64,000 bases of DNA from a bacterium. Its GTDB lineage: Bacteria > Patescibacteriota > JABMPQ01 > JBDRIV01. The notes below the pieces were generated by a model that was not told the DNA's origin, ran no database searches, and saw only the letters and a list, made by a program, of their open reading frames with translations. The position numbers and the translations under genes are program-made. The DNA lies in the NCBI GenBank assembly GCA_043815505.1, contig JBDRIV010000004.1, positions 7,135 through 71,134 on the forward strand. Reading direction: 5' to 3'. Of this stretch, positions 1 to 8,852 are shown in pieces. How positions within the stretch are numbered: position 1 is the stretch's first letter; every line of letters begins with the position of its first letter.

Positions 1-414
1 TACTAAGGTTTTCATATTGAATTTTTCTGCCAGCCACGACGCGGCCATTAGTGCTAAGGGATCCTTCATAACCAGTCGCGCACTTCTTTTCTTGAATAGT
101 TTTAATTTTCGGCTTTGCAACCATTCATAATATGCTCTTTTTAAATTTCTTTCTTTCCCTAACACGCCAGTCCAATCATAATACGATTCAAATTTTAACA
201 AATGATCAAGGTGATGTAAATATTTTTCTTCGTTATCGCTATCAATATATTCAAACCAGTAACGAAATTTGAAATTGCATTTTTTGCAGTGCGGACGATT
301 GAGATTAAAAGGCTCATGAAGATAACCAATATTTTCTGCTTTAGCTACAATATTTCCCACCCAAGTTGAACCGGAACGATGAGCTCCAGTTATTAGAATC
401 GGTTGCTTTGACAT
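1..414 (-). CDS. Sulfotransferase-family protein, 5' part only. The start ATG is at 414..412 and the gene runs off the window start. It is not in the ORF track because no stop lies in the window.
   Basis: Reverse translation of 414..1 gives [23 protein letters not shown]...LVMKDPLALMAASWLAEKF. It has an N-terminal P-loop of the 5'-PSB type (R-S-G-S-T-W) and a later KDP motif resembling the 3'-PB motif of PAPS-dependent sulfotransferases. The start ATG overlaps the gmd stop (TAATG). Confidence 0.5.
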   Translation of the reverse strand, partial: MSKQPILITGAHRSGSTWVGNIVAKAENIGYLHEPFNLNRPHCKKCNFKFRYWFEYIDSDNEEKYLHHLDHLLKFESYYDWTGVLGKERNLKRAYYEWLQSRKLKLFKKRSARLVMKDPLALMAASWLAEKFNMKTLV

Positions 415-1472
415 TAATATGTAATTTTATTTTTCTTAACTAGTTCCATATCGGCTTCAACCATCATTTTTACTAGATCTTTGAATTTGGTTCTTGCTTC
501 CCAACCAAGTATTTTTTTTGCTTTGGTTGGATCCCCAATCAATTCGTTAACTTCGGTTGGTCGATAATATTTCGGATCAGAAGCAATAATTGTCTGACCG
601 GTTTTTTTATTAATTCCTACCTCGTCTTTTCCTGATCTTTTCCATTCAATATCAATTATTAAGACTTTACAAGCTTCTTCAATGAATTGTCTGACAGAAT
701 AAGTTTCACCAGTTGCAATTACATAATCGTCAGCTTGTGATTGCTGTAACATCAGCCACATTGATTCCACATATTCTTTGGCATAACCCCAGTCTCTTTT
801 AGCATCCAGATTTCCAATATAAAGTTTTTCTTGTTGTCCGTTTACAATCTTAGCAAGTCCCATGGTAATCTTTCTGGTTACAAATGTTTGACCACGACGA
901 GGAGATTCATGATTAAATAAAATGCCATTGCAACCGAAAATATTATAAGCTTCACGATAATTTTTCACAATCCAATATGCATAAAGTTTGGCTACACCAT
1001 AAGGACTACGGGGATAAAAAGGTGTTGTTTCCGATTGTTTTGGCTCCTGTATTTTTCCATATAATTCGGAAGTTGATGCCTGATATAATTTTACTTTTTC
1101 AGTCATTTCCAAAAGTCTGATGGCTTCCAAAATTCTTAATGTTCCCAACGCATCAGAGTTAGCGGTATATTCCGCCGTATCAAAACTAACTTGCACGTGA
1201 CTTTGAGCACCCAAATTATAAATTTCATCAGGCTGAATTTCTTTTACTAATCTAATTAAATTAGTGGCATCAGTTAATTCGCCGTAATGTAAAAATAATC
1301 TTTCGGCTTCGTGCGGATCTTTGTACAGATGATTTATACGCCAAGTATTGAAAGTAGAACTTCTTCTAATTACCCCGTGAACCTCATACCCTTTTTCCAT
1401 TAGTAAATCTGCTAGGTATGATCCATCTTGTCCGGTTATTCCTGTTATTAATGCTATTCTTCGATTCGTCAT
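414..1472 (-). CDS. gmd: GDP-mannose 4,6-dehydratase (long, 352-aa type)
   Basis: N-terminus [25 protein letters not shown] and the SDR catalytic region ([10 protein letters not shown]) are typical of Gmd. Confidence 0.9.
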   Translation of the reverse strand: MTNRRIALITGITGQDGSYLADLLMEKGYEVHGVIRRSSTFNTWRINHLYKDPHEAERLFLHYGELTDATNLIRLVKEIQPDEIYNLGAQSHVQVSFDTAEYTANSDALGTLRILEAIRLLEMTEKVKLYQASTSELYGKIQEPKQSETTPFYPRSPYGVAKLYAYWIVKNYREAYNIFGCNGILFNHESPRRGQTFVTRKITMGLAKIVNGQQEKLYIGNLDAKRDWGYAKEYVESMWLMLQQSQADDYVIATGETYSVRQFIEEACKVLIIDIEWKRSGKDEVGINKKTGQTIIASDPKYYRPTEVNELIGDPTKAKKILGWEARTKFKDLVKMMVEADMELVKKNKITY

Positions 1473-1481
1473 AAATTAATC

Positions 1482-2294
1482 TTAGTACTTATAGTCTAAT
1501 TTTCTGTTTCTTTTTTTAGCCTTAAGCAATTTATATTTCTTCATTATACCAAGTTTTAAAAATATGTAAGACAGTATATTTATTATTTTTCTTTTTATAA
1601 TAAATTTAAATAACCTGATTTTTCCTAATTGTTTTTTTATTATTCTTTTTTCTTCATCATATGCTAATTTTTTATTTGCCCCAAAACCACCGGTTGTAAA
1701 TTTAGCTACTATCTTTTTTGTATATTTACTTGGGTATTTTCCGATAAACACTTTGTAAAGTAGATCCGTATCAGCTGCCAACTTAAAACTCAAGTCAAAC
1801 ATTCCTAGCTTTTTAATAACTGAGGTTTTAATAAATACTCCCTGATGATTCATTGATTCAACTTTTCTCACAACGTCTTTTTCATAATATTTTATGTTGG
1901 TGAGATAGTTTAATTGGGATTTTTTATCTTGGATTAAAACGTTCCCAAAAATCATTGCTAAATCCTTCTCTTGTTCAAATTCCTTTACAATGTTTGATAT
2001 AACTTCTTTATCATATAATTCATCATCGGCATTTAGGAAATAAATAACTTCACCATTGGCAATCGAAATACCTTTGTTCATTCCATCATAGATTCCTTTG
2101 TCCCCTTCCGAAACAAAATAGTCTATTGAATTTTTATACTTTTCAATAATTTCTAAAGTACCATCTTTTGAACCGCCGTCAATAATAATATACTCAATAT
2201 TACTATAATTTTGTTGAAGTATGCTTTTTATAGTTTGTTCAATCGTATCTTTTGCATTAAACACGGTTGTAACAACAGAAATTTTTAAACTCAT
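1482..2294 (-). CDS. Glycosyltransferase family 2
   Basis: N-terminal GT-A signature VVTTVFNAKDTIEQTIKSILQQNYSNIEYIIIDGGSKDGT and a DDE/DxD region. Confidence 0.75.
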   Translation of the reverse strand: MSLKISVVTTVFNAKDTIEQTIKSILQQNYSNIEYIIIDGGSKDGTLEIIEKYKNSIDYFVSEGDKGIYDGMNKGISIANGEVIYFLNADDELYDKEVISNIVKEFEQEKDLAMIFGNVLIQDKKSQLNYLTNIKYYEKDVVRKVESMNHQGVFIKTSVIKKLGMFDLSFKLAADTDLLYKVFIGKYPSKYTKKIVAKFTTGGFGANKKLAYDEEKRIIKKQLGKIRLFKFIIKRKIINILSYIFLKLGIMKKYKLLKAKKRNRKLDYKY

Positions 2295-2308
2295 TATTTA
2301 TACTGAAA

Positions 2309-3175
2309 CTAATATATACGCTTTTTTATCCTTAGCCATGTATATGTAAAAAATCTTACTATAGCAGGCGGAGTTAAACAAAAGTATTTATAAAAAATAT
2401 GCCTTTTAAAATCAAACTTTAGACCATTCTTTTTTACAAAGATCAAATAGCTTTTTCGCATTGATTTATAATCTCTTCTGGTTTTATTATACTCTTTATT
2501 CTTAATACTATCAGACATTTTATCATGTATTATTTTACTATCAGTGGATATATAGGACTTATATTTACAATTCATTAGATAAATACCTTTTTGCAAATCT
2601 TCAAAACCAACAAAGTATTCTGGATCCCATTTGATAGTTGATGACAATTCTTTTCTGTATACAATACATCCAGAACATAAATCATCAACATGGAGATATT
2701 TTTCAACATTTTCATGTATTTTTGGTCTCGACATTTTTAACACCCCATTCTTAATGTTGAAATTCCTCCCACAGACCTTCCATTTCTTTTCATTACTATT
2801 AACGTCTTCAGTCAATATGCAACCCATTGCACCAACATCAGAATGCTTTGCAAACATTTTGAATATTGGCTCACACCATCCAGGCTGAAGATACATGTCA
2901 TCATCTAAAGACATTAAGAAAGGTGTTTCAATTCCTTCAACTAGTTTTGCTCGCCCGCGTGATGCTCCAATATTTTCACTTGAATATATTATTTCATAAT
3001 TATCATTTGAATTCAGTTCTTCTAGATATTCTTTAATGCTTTCATTTATATATCCATTATTAAGTATCTTAACACTGTGATTAACTGTTGTGTTTTTTTT
3101 TATGTGTTCAATAGTTTTTTTTAGTTTATCCAACCTTCTATAATGTACTATGTAAATTGTAAGCATCGTATTCAT
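2309..3175 (-). CDS. Glycosyltransferase-like protein (GT-A/GT2-like)
   Basis: A 288-aa protein with a DDD motif (MSLDDDMYLQPGW). It sits tightly packed between GT genes. Confidence 0.5.
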   Translation of the reverse strand: MNTMLTIYIVHYRRLDKLKKTIEHIKKNTTVNHSVKILNNGYINESIKEYLEELNSNDNYEIIYSSENIGASRGRAKLVEGIETPFLMSLDDDMYLQPGWCEPIFKMFAKHSDVGAMGCILTEDVNSNEKKWKVCGRNFNIKNGVLKMSRPKIHENVEKYLHVDDLCSGCIVYRKELSSTIKWDPEYFVGFEDLQKGIYLMNCKYKSYISTDSKIIHDKMSDSIKNKEYNKTRRDYKSMRKSYLIFVKKNGLKFDFKRHIFYKYFCLTPPAIVRFFTYTWLRIKKRIY

Positions 3176-3196
3176 GTTTTGGCGATAATTATCCTA

Positions 3197-4087
3197 TTAA
3201 TTACTAATTCCTACTTTTTCAAAGAATATTTCGAAGGCGCATTTTTGCTTAAGCAATCTTTCATCTTTCATGAGATCATCAATAGTAATTCTTTCCACTG
3301 TTGTTTCTTTTAGAATACTACGGAAATGATTATCATGAGTTATTGCCACCATAATCTCAAAACCATTATCTTTTAGTTTTTGTAACATTTCCTTACTTTT
3401 TTCGGGTTCTATAATATGAGTATGTAGTTCAATAAACAAATGCAGATTAGGATTGTTTTTTAGTGTTTCATTCATCCCTTTAAGTGCCTCATATTCATAA
3501 CCCTCAATGTCCATACGAATCATATCTATATTTCCTTTGTTTTTCAGAAAATTATCAACGCTTTTAGTTTGAACCATTTCTGTTTTATAATCACGTGTTT
3601 TTGGTTTACCCATAGAATGAAGATTTGAACTACTAGTTACATACAAAGGATATTCACCATCTTTGTCACTAATAGCCATGTGATTTACTTCAATATTATT
3701 AGCATTATTCAACTTAATATTTCTTTTTAGAAGATTAATATTATTTTTTTCTGGTTCCACCGCATAAACTTTTCCTGTCTCACCAATTATTTTTGATTCC
3801 ATTAAAGCATAATAACCAACATTGGCTCCCAATTCAAATATTTTAAAACCGGGTTTAATTAATTGTTTAATTACTTTTGTTGCTTCAAATTCTCTCACAC
3901 CATCCATGGCTAATTGTTTAAAAATACTTGCTTCATATACATCCAAACCTTTCTTGGCTGTGGAAATATACATTTTATAACCATTAATATTCTTCACATA
4001 TTCATTAGAGGGATGAAATAATTTTATAAGCAACCATTTTATGTTCCTATAAATTATAGCCACTACGAACTTGATTTTGCTAAACAT
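3197..4087 (-). CDS. FkbM-family SAM-dependent methyltransferase (likely sugar O-methyltransferase)
   Basis: Motif FELGANVGYYAL, which is the FkbM-family class I MT glycine-rich motif. Confidence 0.7.
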   Translation of the reverse strand: MFSKIKFVVAIIYRNIKWLLIKLFHPSNEYVKNINGYKMYISTAKKGLDVYEASIFKQLAMDGVREFEATKVIKQLIKPGFKIFELGANVGYYALMESKIIGETGKVYAVEPEKNNINLLKRNIKLNNANNIEVNHMAISDKDGEYPLYVTSSSNLHSMGKPKTRDYKTEMVQTKSVDNFLKNKGNIDMIRMDIEGYEYEALKGMNETLKNNPNLHLFIELHTHIIEPEKSKEMLQKLKDNGFEIMVAITHDNHFRSILKETTVERITIDDLMKDERLLKQKCAFEIFFEKVGISN

Positions 4088-4107
4088 TTATTATGATTAA
4101 TACTTTT

Positions 4108-5241
4108 TTAATTATTTTTTAATTCAGCGATACTTCTATATACGGTCATATATTTATTTGCCATATTTGACCAACTAAGTTCTTCTGCTTTTTTTCTACT
4201 TGCAATTTTCAATTTTTTTAAATATTTATTATCTTCGCAAATGGATTTCATGGATTTATAAACTGCATCAACAGATCTATTTGATAAAATAATACCATTA
4301 TCTTTAATTATTTCTTTTGCTCCACCAGTATTGGAAGTAATTATGGCTAAACCTGATGCCATAGCTTCCAACAAAGAATTACTCATCCCCTCATTTTTTG
4401 AAGGTAAAACCATTGCATCTGCTTGTCCAAGATATTCAGATATTTCTTCATGTTTTAACACTCCAGCAAATTCAATATTTTTACTCAATCCTTTTTCAAT
4501 AACTATTCTTTTTAGTTCTGCTTCCATATTTCCACCACCGATTAATACTAAACGAGCATTTTTATAATCACCAACTATTTTTAAAAAAGCTTCTACTAAA
4601 ATATCTATACCCTTTCTTTTAATTAGTCTGGAGGTAGAAATAAAAACTACTTCTTTTTTATTTCTATTACTACTTGTAAATTCTTTTATATCTACACCAT
4701 TGTAGATTACATCTATTGGTTGTCTTGGATTTGTTAATAAGGCTTTGTTTTTCAAATCTAGGGAATTTGCTATAACCTTTTTAGCTCTTTTCCAAATATT
4801 TTTACTCATTCTAACAAACAACAATTTATCTAACCAATAAAATCTATCATTATAAAATGGTACGTCACTTCCTCTTAGACTTACTATAAATGGCAAATTT
4901 AAATTTTTTGCAACATAACCACAAGGAATACCAAAAAAAGCATGGACTAAATCATATTTATTCAAAGCAATTAATTTCTTACAATATTTCCGAGCTCTAA
5001 GGGCATATTTTAACAATTCAGTCATTCGTTGATAATGCAAATTTCCGTTTTTGTTAACATCTAAATAATGAACTTTTATTTTGTCAGAGAAATTTTCAAC
5101 TTTACTTTCATTTACTGACGAAGTTACCAGATCAATTTCTAAATTCTTAATCTTACTAAATTCTTTTAGCAAATAATAAGTCGCATTACCAGCTCCCCCA
5201 CCCAGTGGCGGAAATTCATAATTTAAGACTAATATTTTCAT
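4108..5241 (-). CDS. Glycosyltransferase family 4 (GT-B)
   Basis: C-terminal EX7E-type motif (SKNEGMSNSLLEAMASGLAIITSNTGGAKEII). Confidence 0.8.
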   Translation of the reverse strand: MKILVLNYEFPPLGGGAGNATYYLLKEFSKIKNLEIDLVTSSVNESKVENFSDKIKVHYLDVNKNGNLHYQRMTELLKYALRARKYCKKLIALNKYDLVHAFFGIPCGYVAKNLNLPFIVSLRGSDVPFYNDRFYWLDKLLFVRMSKNIWKRAKKVIANSLDLKNKALLTNPRQPIDVIYNGVDIKEFTSSNRNKKEVVFISTSRLIKRKGIDILVEAFLKIVGDYKNARLVLIGGGNMEAELKRIVIEKGLSKNIEFAGVLKHEEISEYLGQADAMVLPSKNEGMSNSLLEAMASGLAIITSNTGGAKEIIKDNGIILSNRSVDAVYKSMKSICEDNKYLKKLKIASRKKAEELSWSNMANKYMTVYRSIAELKNN

Positions 5242-5242
5242 A

Positions 5243-6946
5243 TTAGTTGCTAGGGATAAACTCTTTATCTTCTAAATATTTAATCACTTTCTCAGTACAA
5301 GCGACTGTGTCTAATTCTGCAGTTTTTAAGTCTATATCAGGGTTTTGCGGTTCTTCAAATGGATCATTAACGCCAGTAAAATTTTGAATCTCACCTGCTC
5401 GAGCTTTGGCATAAAGTCCTCTGGTATCACGTTTCTCGCAAACCTCAATTGGCGTATTCATAAATATTTCTATAAAATTTTCAGTTTTGGCTCGCAAATC
5501 ATCACGCTGTTTTTTATAAGGTGAAATAAATGATGATATTACTCCCACACCATTGCGTGATAAAAGTTGCGCCACAAAACCAACCCGACGAATATTTTCA
5601 TCTCTATCTTCTTTGGAGAATCCTAAATCTTTGGTTAAGGATTCACGAACTATATCTCCGTCCAGTCGTTCAATTTTTATTCCTCGATCTTTTAGGACTT
5701 CATAAACTGCATCCGCTGTAGTTGTTTTGCCTGATTGAGACAGACCGGTAAACCACAACACAAAACCTTTTTGTTTGCCATTGGTTTTTTTATACATTGT
5801 ATCTACTAATGAATTATTACTATTAACTAAAAAATTAAATACTTCAGATCGTATAACATGTTCCGGTGGTTGTTCTTTTTTCTCAATCATTTCTCTTAAG
5901 GCAGTTCCTGATATGGATTCCGCCTCATCTTCTGGACATTCATTTACAAACATCAATTCTTTCTTTACTTTATTGTAAACCACACCTGCTAATTTCATTA
6001 TTTCTATACCGATTTCTTCTGGCTTGAATTTGTCAAAAACACTTTGAGCAGCGAACGGTTCATAATAATCTCCTACTCCAGCATGATCACGACCAACAAT
6101 AAAATGTGTACATCCAAAGTTTTTTCTAATTAAGGCATGAAAAACGGCTTCGCGTGGACCAGCGTAACGCATTTTTAAAGGCAGAATTCCCAGCACCACT
6201 TTGCCTTCGGGAAAATGTTGTTTAATTAAAATTTCATAACTTACCAAAATATATTCATCTTTAAAGTCCTGTATTTTTTTATCACCGATTACTGGTTGAA
6301 CAAACAAACCATCAACTTTGCTTAAAGCTTCGTGTTGTAAAAATTCGTGTGCTCGGTGCGGAACATTTCTGGTTTGAAAAGCCACAATTTTATTCCAACC
6401 AAGTTCTTCAAATTTTGCTCTGGTCTCAGCTGGCGAAAAATTGTGTTCCGGAAAAGTTTTTTTAGTATTATTCAGAAGTTCGATTTTACCACCAACAAGA
6501 TATTTATTCATTTTATATGTAGCTTCTACGCCCGGATGTTTTTTATCAATTGTCCCGTAAACATTTTGAGCAAATTCTTTTTTATTATATTCATAAATTT
6601 CCGGTTTTTGTAATAAAGCAACTGGCTTATAATCCTCATCCACCAACATTATTTTTTTCTCTCCATTAATTAGTTCTTTTTCTTTGTCATCAATATCTAA
6701 AACTATGGGAATGGACCAAACCACACCACTAGCTAGACGCATATCGGCCAACACAGACAAATAATCTTTTTTTCCTAAGAAACCTTCCAGAGGCGAATAA
6801 ACTCCACGAGCAATATTTTTTACATCTTTTACTTGTTCCTTATCAAGTTGAACTTTTTTGTAATTTTCTTGCTCACCTATTATTTTTTCAGCTTCTTCTT
6901 TGGGCAGAATTTTATTTACCAATTTTCCACCATGCGGTTGTATCAT
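5243..6946 (-). CDS. Bifunctional sulfate adenylyltransferase (ATP sulfurylase) / adenylylsulfate kinase = PAPS synthase
   Basis: The N-terminal half carries the ATP-sulfurylase motifs QTRNVPHRAHE and GRDHAGVG. The C-terminal half carries an APS-kinase P-loop (GLSQSGKTT) and DGDIVR. The start ATG overlaps the stop of the upstream cysQ-like gene (ATGA). Confidence 0.85.
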   Translation of the reverse strand: MIQPHGGKLVNKILPKEEAEKIIGEQENYKKVQLDKEQVKDVKNIARGVYSPLEGFLGKKDYLSVLADMRLASGVVWSIPIVLDIDDKEKELINGEKKIMLVDEDYKPVALLQKPEIYEYNKKEFAQNVYGTIDKKHPGVEATYKMNKYLVGGKIELLNNTKKTFPEHNFSPAETRAKFEELGWNKIVAFQTRNVPHRAHEFLQHEALSKVDGLFVQPVIGDKKIQDFKDEYILVSYEILIKQHFPEGKVVLGILPLKMRYAGPREAVFHALIRKNFGCTHFIVGRDHAGVGDYYEPFAAQSVFDKFKPEEIGIEIMKLAGVVYNKVKKELMFVNECPEDEAESISGTALREMIEKKEQPPEHVIRSEVFNFLVNSNNSLVDTMYKKTNGKQKGFVLWFTGLSQSGKTTTADAVYEVLKDRGIKIERLDGDIVRESLTKDLGFSKEDRDENIRRVGFVAQLLSRNGVGVISSFISPYKKQRDDLRAKTENFIEIFMNTPIEVCEKRDTRGLYAKARAGEIQNFTGVNDPFEEPQNPDIDLKTAELDTVACTEKVIKYLEDKEFIPSN

Positions 6947-7743
6947 TTAATTTCCTTTGTTATTTTCTTATTTAATTCTTTGTTAGCAGAACCTACTATA
7001 CCATCTAAATTATGGGGATCTTTTTTATTAAATTTCAAATCTTGACCCTGCATTCCTGTTACTACTCCTCCCGCTTCTTGTAAAACCACCACGCCACCAG
7101 CTGAATCCCATTCCCATGATTTTGGGCTTAAAGATAGGTAAATATCAGCTTTATTTTCAGCTATTTTACACATTTTCAAGCTTACACTGCCACATTTTAC
7201 ATAATTTTTCACCTGCAATTTCTTGGCCAAATCTTCTTCAGGACCGCCGGAATGATTACGACTAACGATGGCTCTCGCTTCTGCTGTTTCTGAAACTGTA
7301 GAAGTTTTTAACCCAACCTTTTGTCCATCCTTAATTTTATATGAACCTTGTCCTTTTATACCGTAATATGTTTCTCCAGTTACTGGCTGATAAACAATTC
7401 CCATAATGGGCTCCCCATTTTTTATTAAACCAACAATTATAGAAAATTCTCCTGTTTTTTGAATAAAATCCTTGGTTCCGTCCAAGGGATCAACTGTCCA
7501 AATAAATTCGGAGTCTAAACGTTTCTTATCATCAATAGATTCTTCAGCTAAAACTGGATAACCATATTTTTTTAAACCTGCAACTAAAATATCGTTTGAT
7601 TCTGTATCAGCTTTAGTTAAAGGACTGTTATCATCTTTTATTTCAATTTTATAATCCTTATTATAATAAAATCTTACTCGTTCTCCGGCAGTGTGAACTA
7701 ATCTTATAATTTCGGAAGCAACAGTTTCGGGATTATTCATCAA
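6943..7743 (-). CDS. 3'(2'),5'-bisphosphate nucleotidase (CysQ) / inositol-monophosphatase family
   Basis: IMPase-family motifs WTVDPLDGTKDF and the GG..E region. It is translationally coupled to the PAPS synthase, which fits a PAP-recycling role. Confidence 0.65.
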   Translation of the reverse strand: MMNNPETVASEIIRLVHTAGERVRFYYNKDYKIEIKDDNSPLTKADTESNDILVAGLKKYGYPVLAEESIDDKKRLDSEFIWTVDPLDGTKDFIQKTGEFSIIVGLIKNGEPIMGIVYQPVTGETYYGIKGQGSYKIKDGQKVGLKTSTVSETAEARAIVSRNHSGGPEEDLAKKLQVKNYVKCGSVSLKMCKIAENKADIYLSLSPKSWEWDSAGGVVVLQEAGGVVTGMQGQDLKFNKKDPHNLDGIVGSANKELNKKITKEIK

Positions 7744-8680
7744 CTTCTCCTTTAGCTATAACCTCCTTGATGGAATAATTAGTTTTGCCGTTGGAGTAGT
7801 AAGTTTTGATATTTATATCAGCTATAATGCCAAATATTAGAAATTGCACTCCGAGTACCACCAAGAATACCGCCAATAAGGGCAAAATGCTATCTTGTAA
7901 AGAAATATATTTCATTATTCTGGCAATAAACAAGTATAATCCTAGAATTGAACCACTTAAAGTAAAAAGAATTCCTATACCACCAAACAAATGTAAAGGA
8001 CGAGAGGCATATTTACGCCAAAACCAAACTGAAATCATGTCTAAAAATCCTTTAACCACTCGTTTCCAATTATATTTAGTAACTCCAGCCTTACGAGAAT
8101 GGTGTTCAACTTTAACTTCGCCAATTTTATAGCCATCAAGTTTTAAAACTGCCGGTATAAAACGATGCATTTCCCCAAATAAAGTTAAATGATCAAAACA
8201 TTCACTGCGATAAGTTTTCAAACTACAACCAGAATCTTGAATACCATCATTAATTAGAAATTTTCTTAAAACATTGGCACCACGCGATAAGAAATTTTTC
8301 ATAAAGGAATCTTTTCTATTATGTCGCCAACCTGATACAATATCAAACCCCTCATCCATCTTGGCTAGCAATTTGGGAATTTCTTCTGGCGGATTCTGCA
8401 AATCTCCATCCATAGTAATGTAAATTTCTCCCTGTGCTGCTTTAAAACCGGCATCAAGAGCTGCCGTTTGACCAAAGTTTTTTCTCATCACCACAATTTT
8501 CACCGGCATAAGCTTTGATAATCTTTTAACGCTATCATCTGTGGAACCGTCGTCAACAAAAATAACCTCATAAGATTCTGCCAATTTATCCATAGTTTGG
8601 AGAATCCGAGCATGAAGTTCTTCCACGTTTTCGGCCTCATTAAAGACCGGCACTATTACCGAATACTTGTATTTTGCCAT
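7733..8680 (-). CDS. Polyprenyl-phosphate sugar synthase (GtrB/ArnC/DPM1-like GT2 with C-terminal TM helices)
   Basis: KYSVIVPVFNEAENV...EVIFVDDGSTDDS...ITMDGDLQNPPE. It has two C-terminal hydrophobic helices, as in GtrB/DPM synthases. Confidence 0.75.
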   Translation of the reverse strand: MAKYKYSVIVPVFNEAENVEELHARILQTMDKLAESYEVIFVDDGSTDDSVKRLSKLMPVKIVVMRKNFGQTAALDAGFKAAQGEIYITMDGDLQNPPEEIPKLLAKMDEGFDIVSGWRHNRKDSFMKNFLSRGANVLRKFLINDGIQDSGCSLKTYRSECFDHLTLFGEMHRFIPAVLKLDGYKIGEVKVEHHSRKAGVTKYNWKRVVKGFLDMISVWFWRKYASRPLHLFGGIGILFTLSGSILGLYLFIARIMKYISLQDSILPLLAVFLVVLGVQFLIFGIIADINIKTYYSNGKTNYSIKEVIAKGEVDE

Positions 8681-8852
8681 AAATTAGGTGCCTTTTTTAG
8701 CAAAATTTAAAATCACTATATAGCACAACTTATCATATTTTTTTGTTCTTGGCAATTCTTTTTTCTTTTCGATAATAAGCTTATAATTTGGCTTATTTAA
8801 GGGTTTTATTGCTGTTTATAATAACTTGCTTAAGTGTGTTATAATAACCTAT

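Noticed and set aside
2631-2888. Small plus-strand ORFs (2631..2888, 4331..4567, 5530..5721, 5775..5978, 6347..6613, 6833..7045, 7806..8132) antisense to the sulfation/GT operon
   Set aside because: All are embedded antisense within well-supported minus-strand genes. They have Phe/Leu/Ile-rich low-complexity translations expected from AT-rich antisense frames.
8681-8825. Possible shared TATAGCACA motif upstream of two minus-strand operons (8716..8728 and 37861..37870)
   Set aside because: At 37861 the motif is simply part of the -10/palindrome region. At 8716 I could not build a convincing -35/-10 pair around it (TTGCCA is 27 nt away). Two occurrences of a 9-mer in AT-rich DNA is weak evidence.
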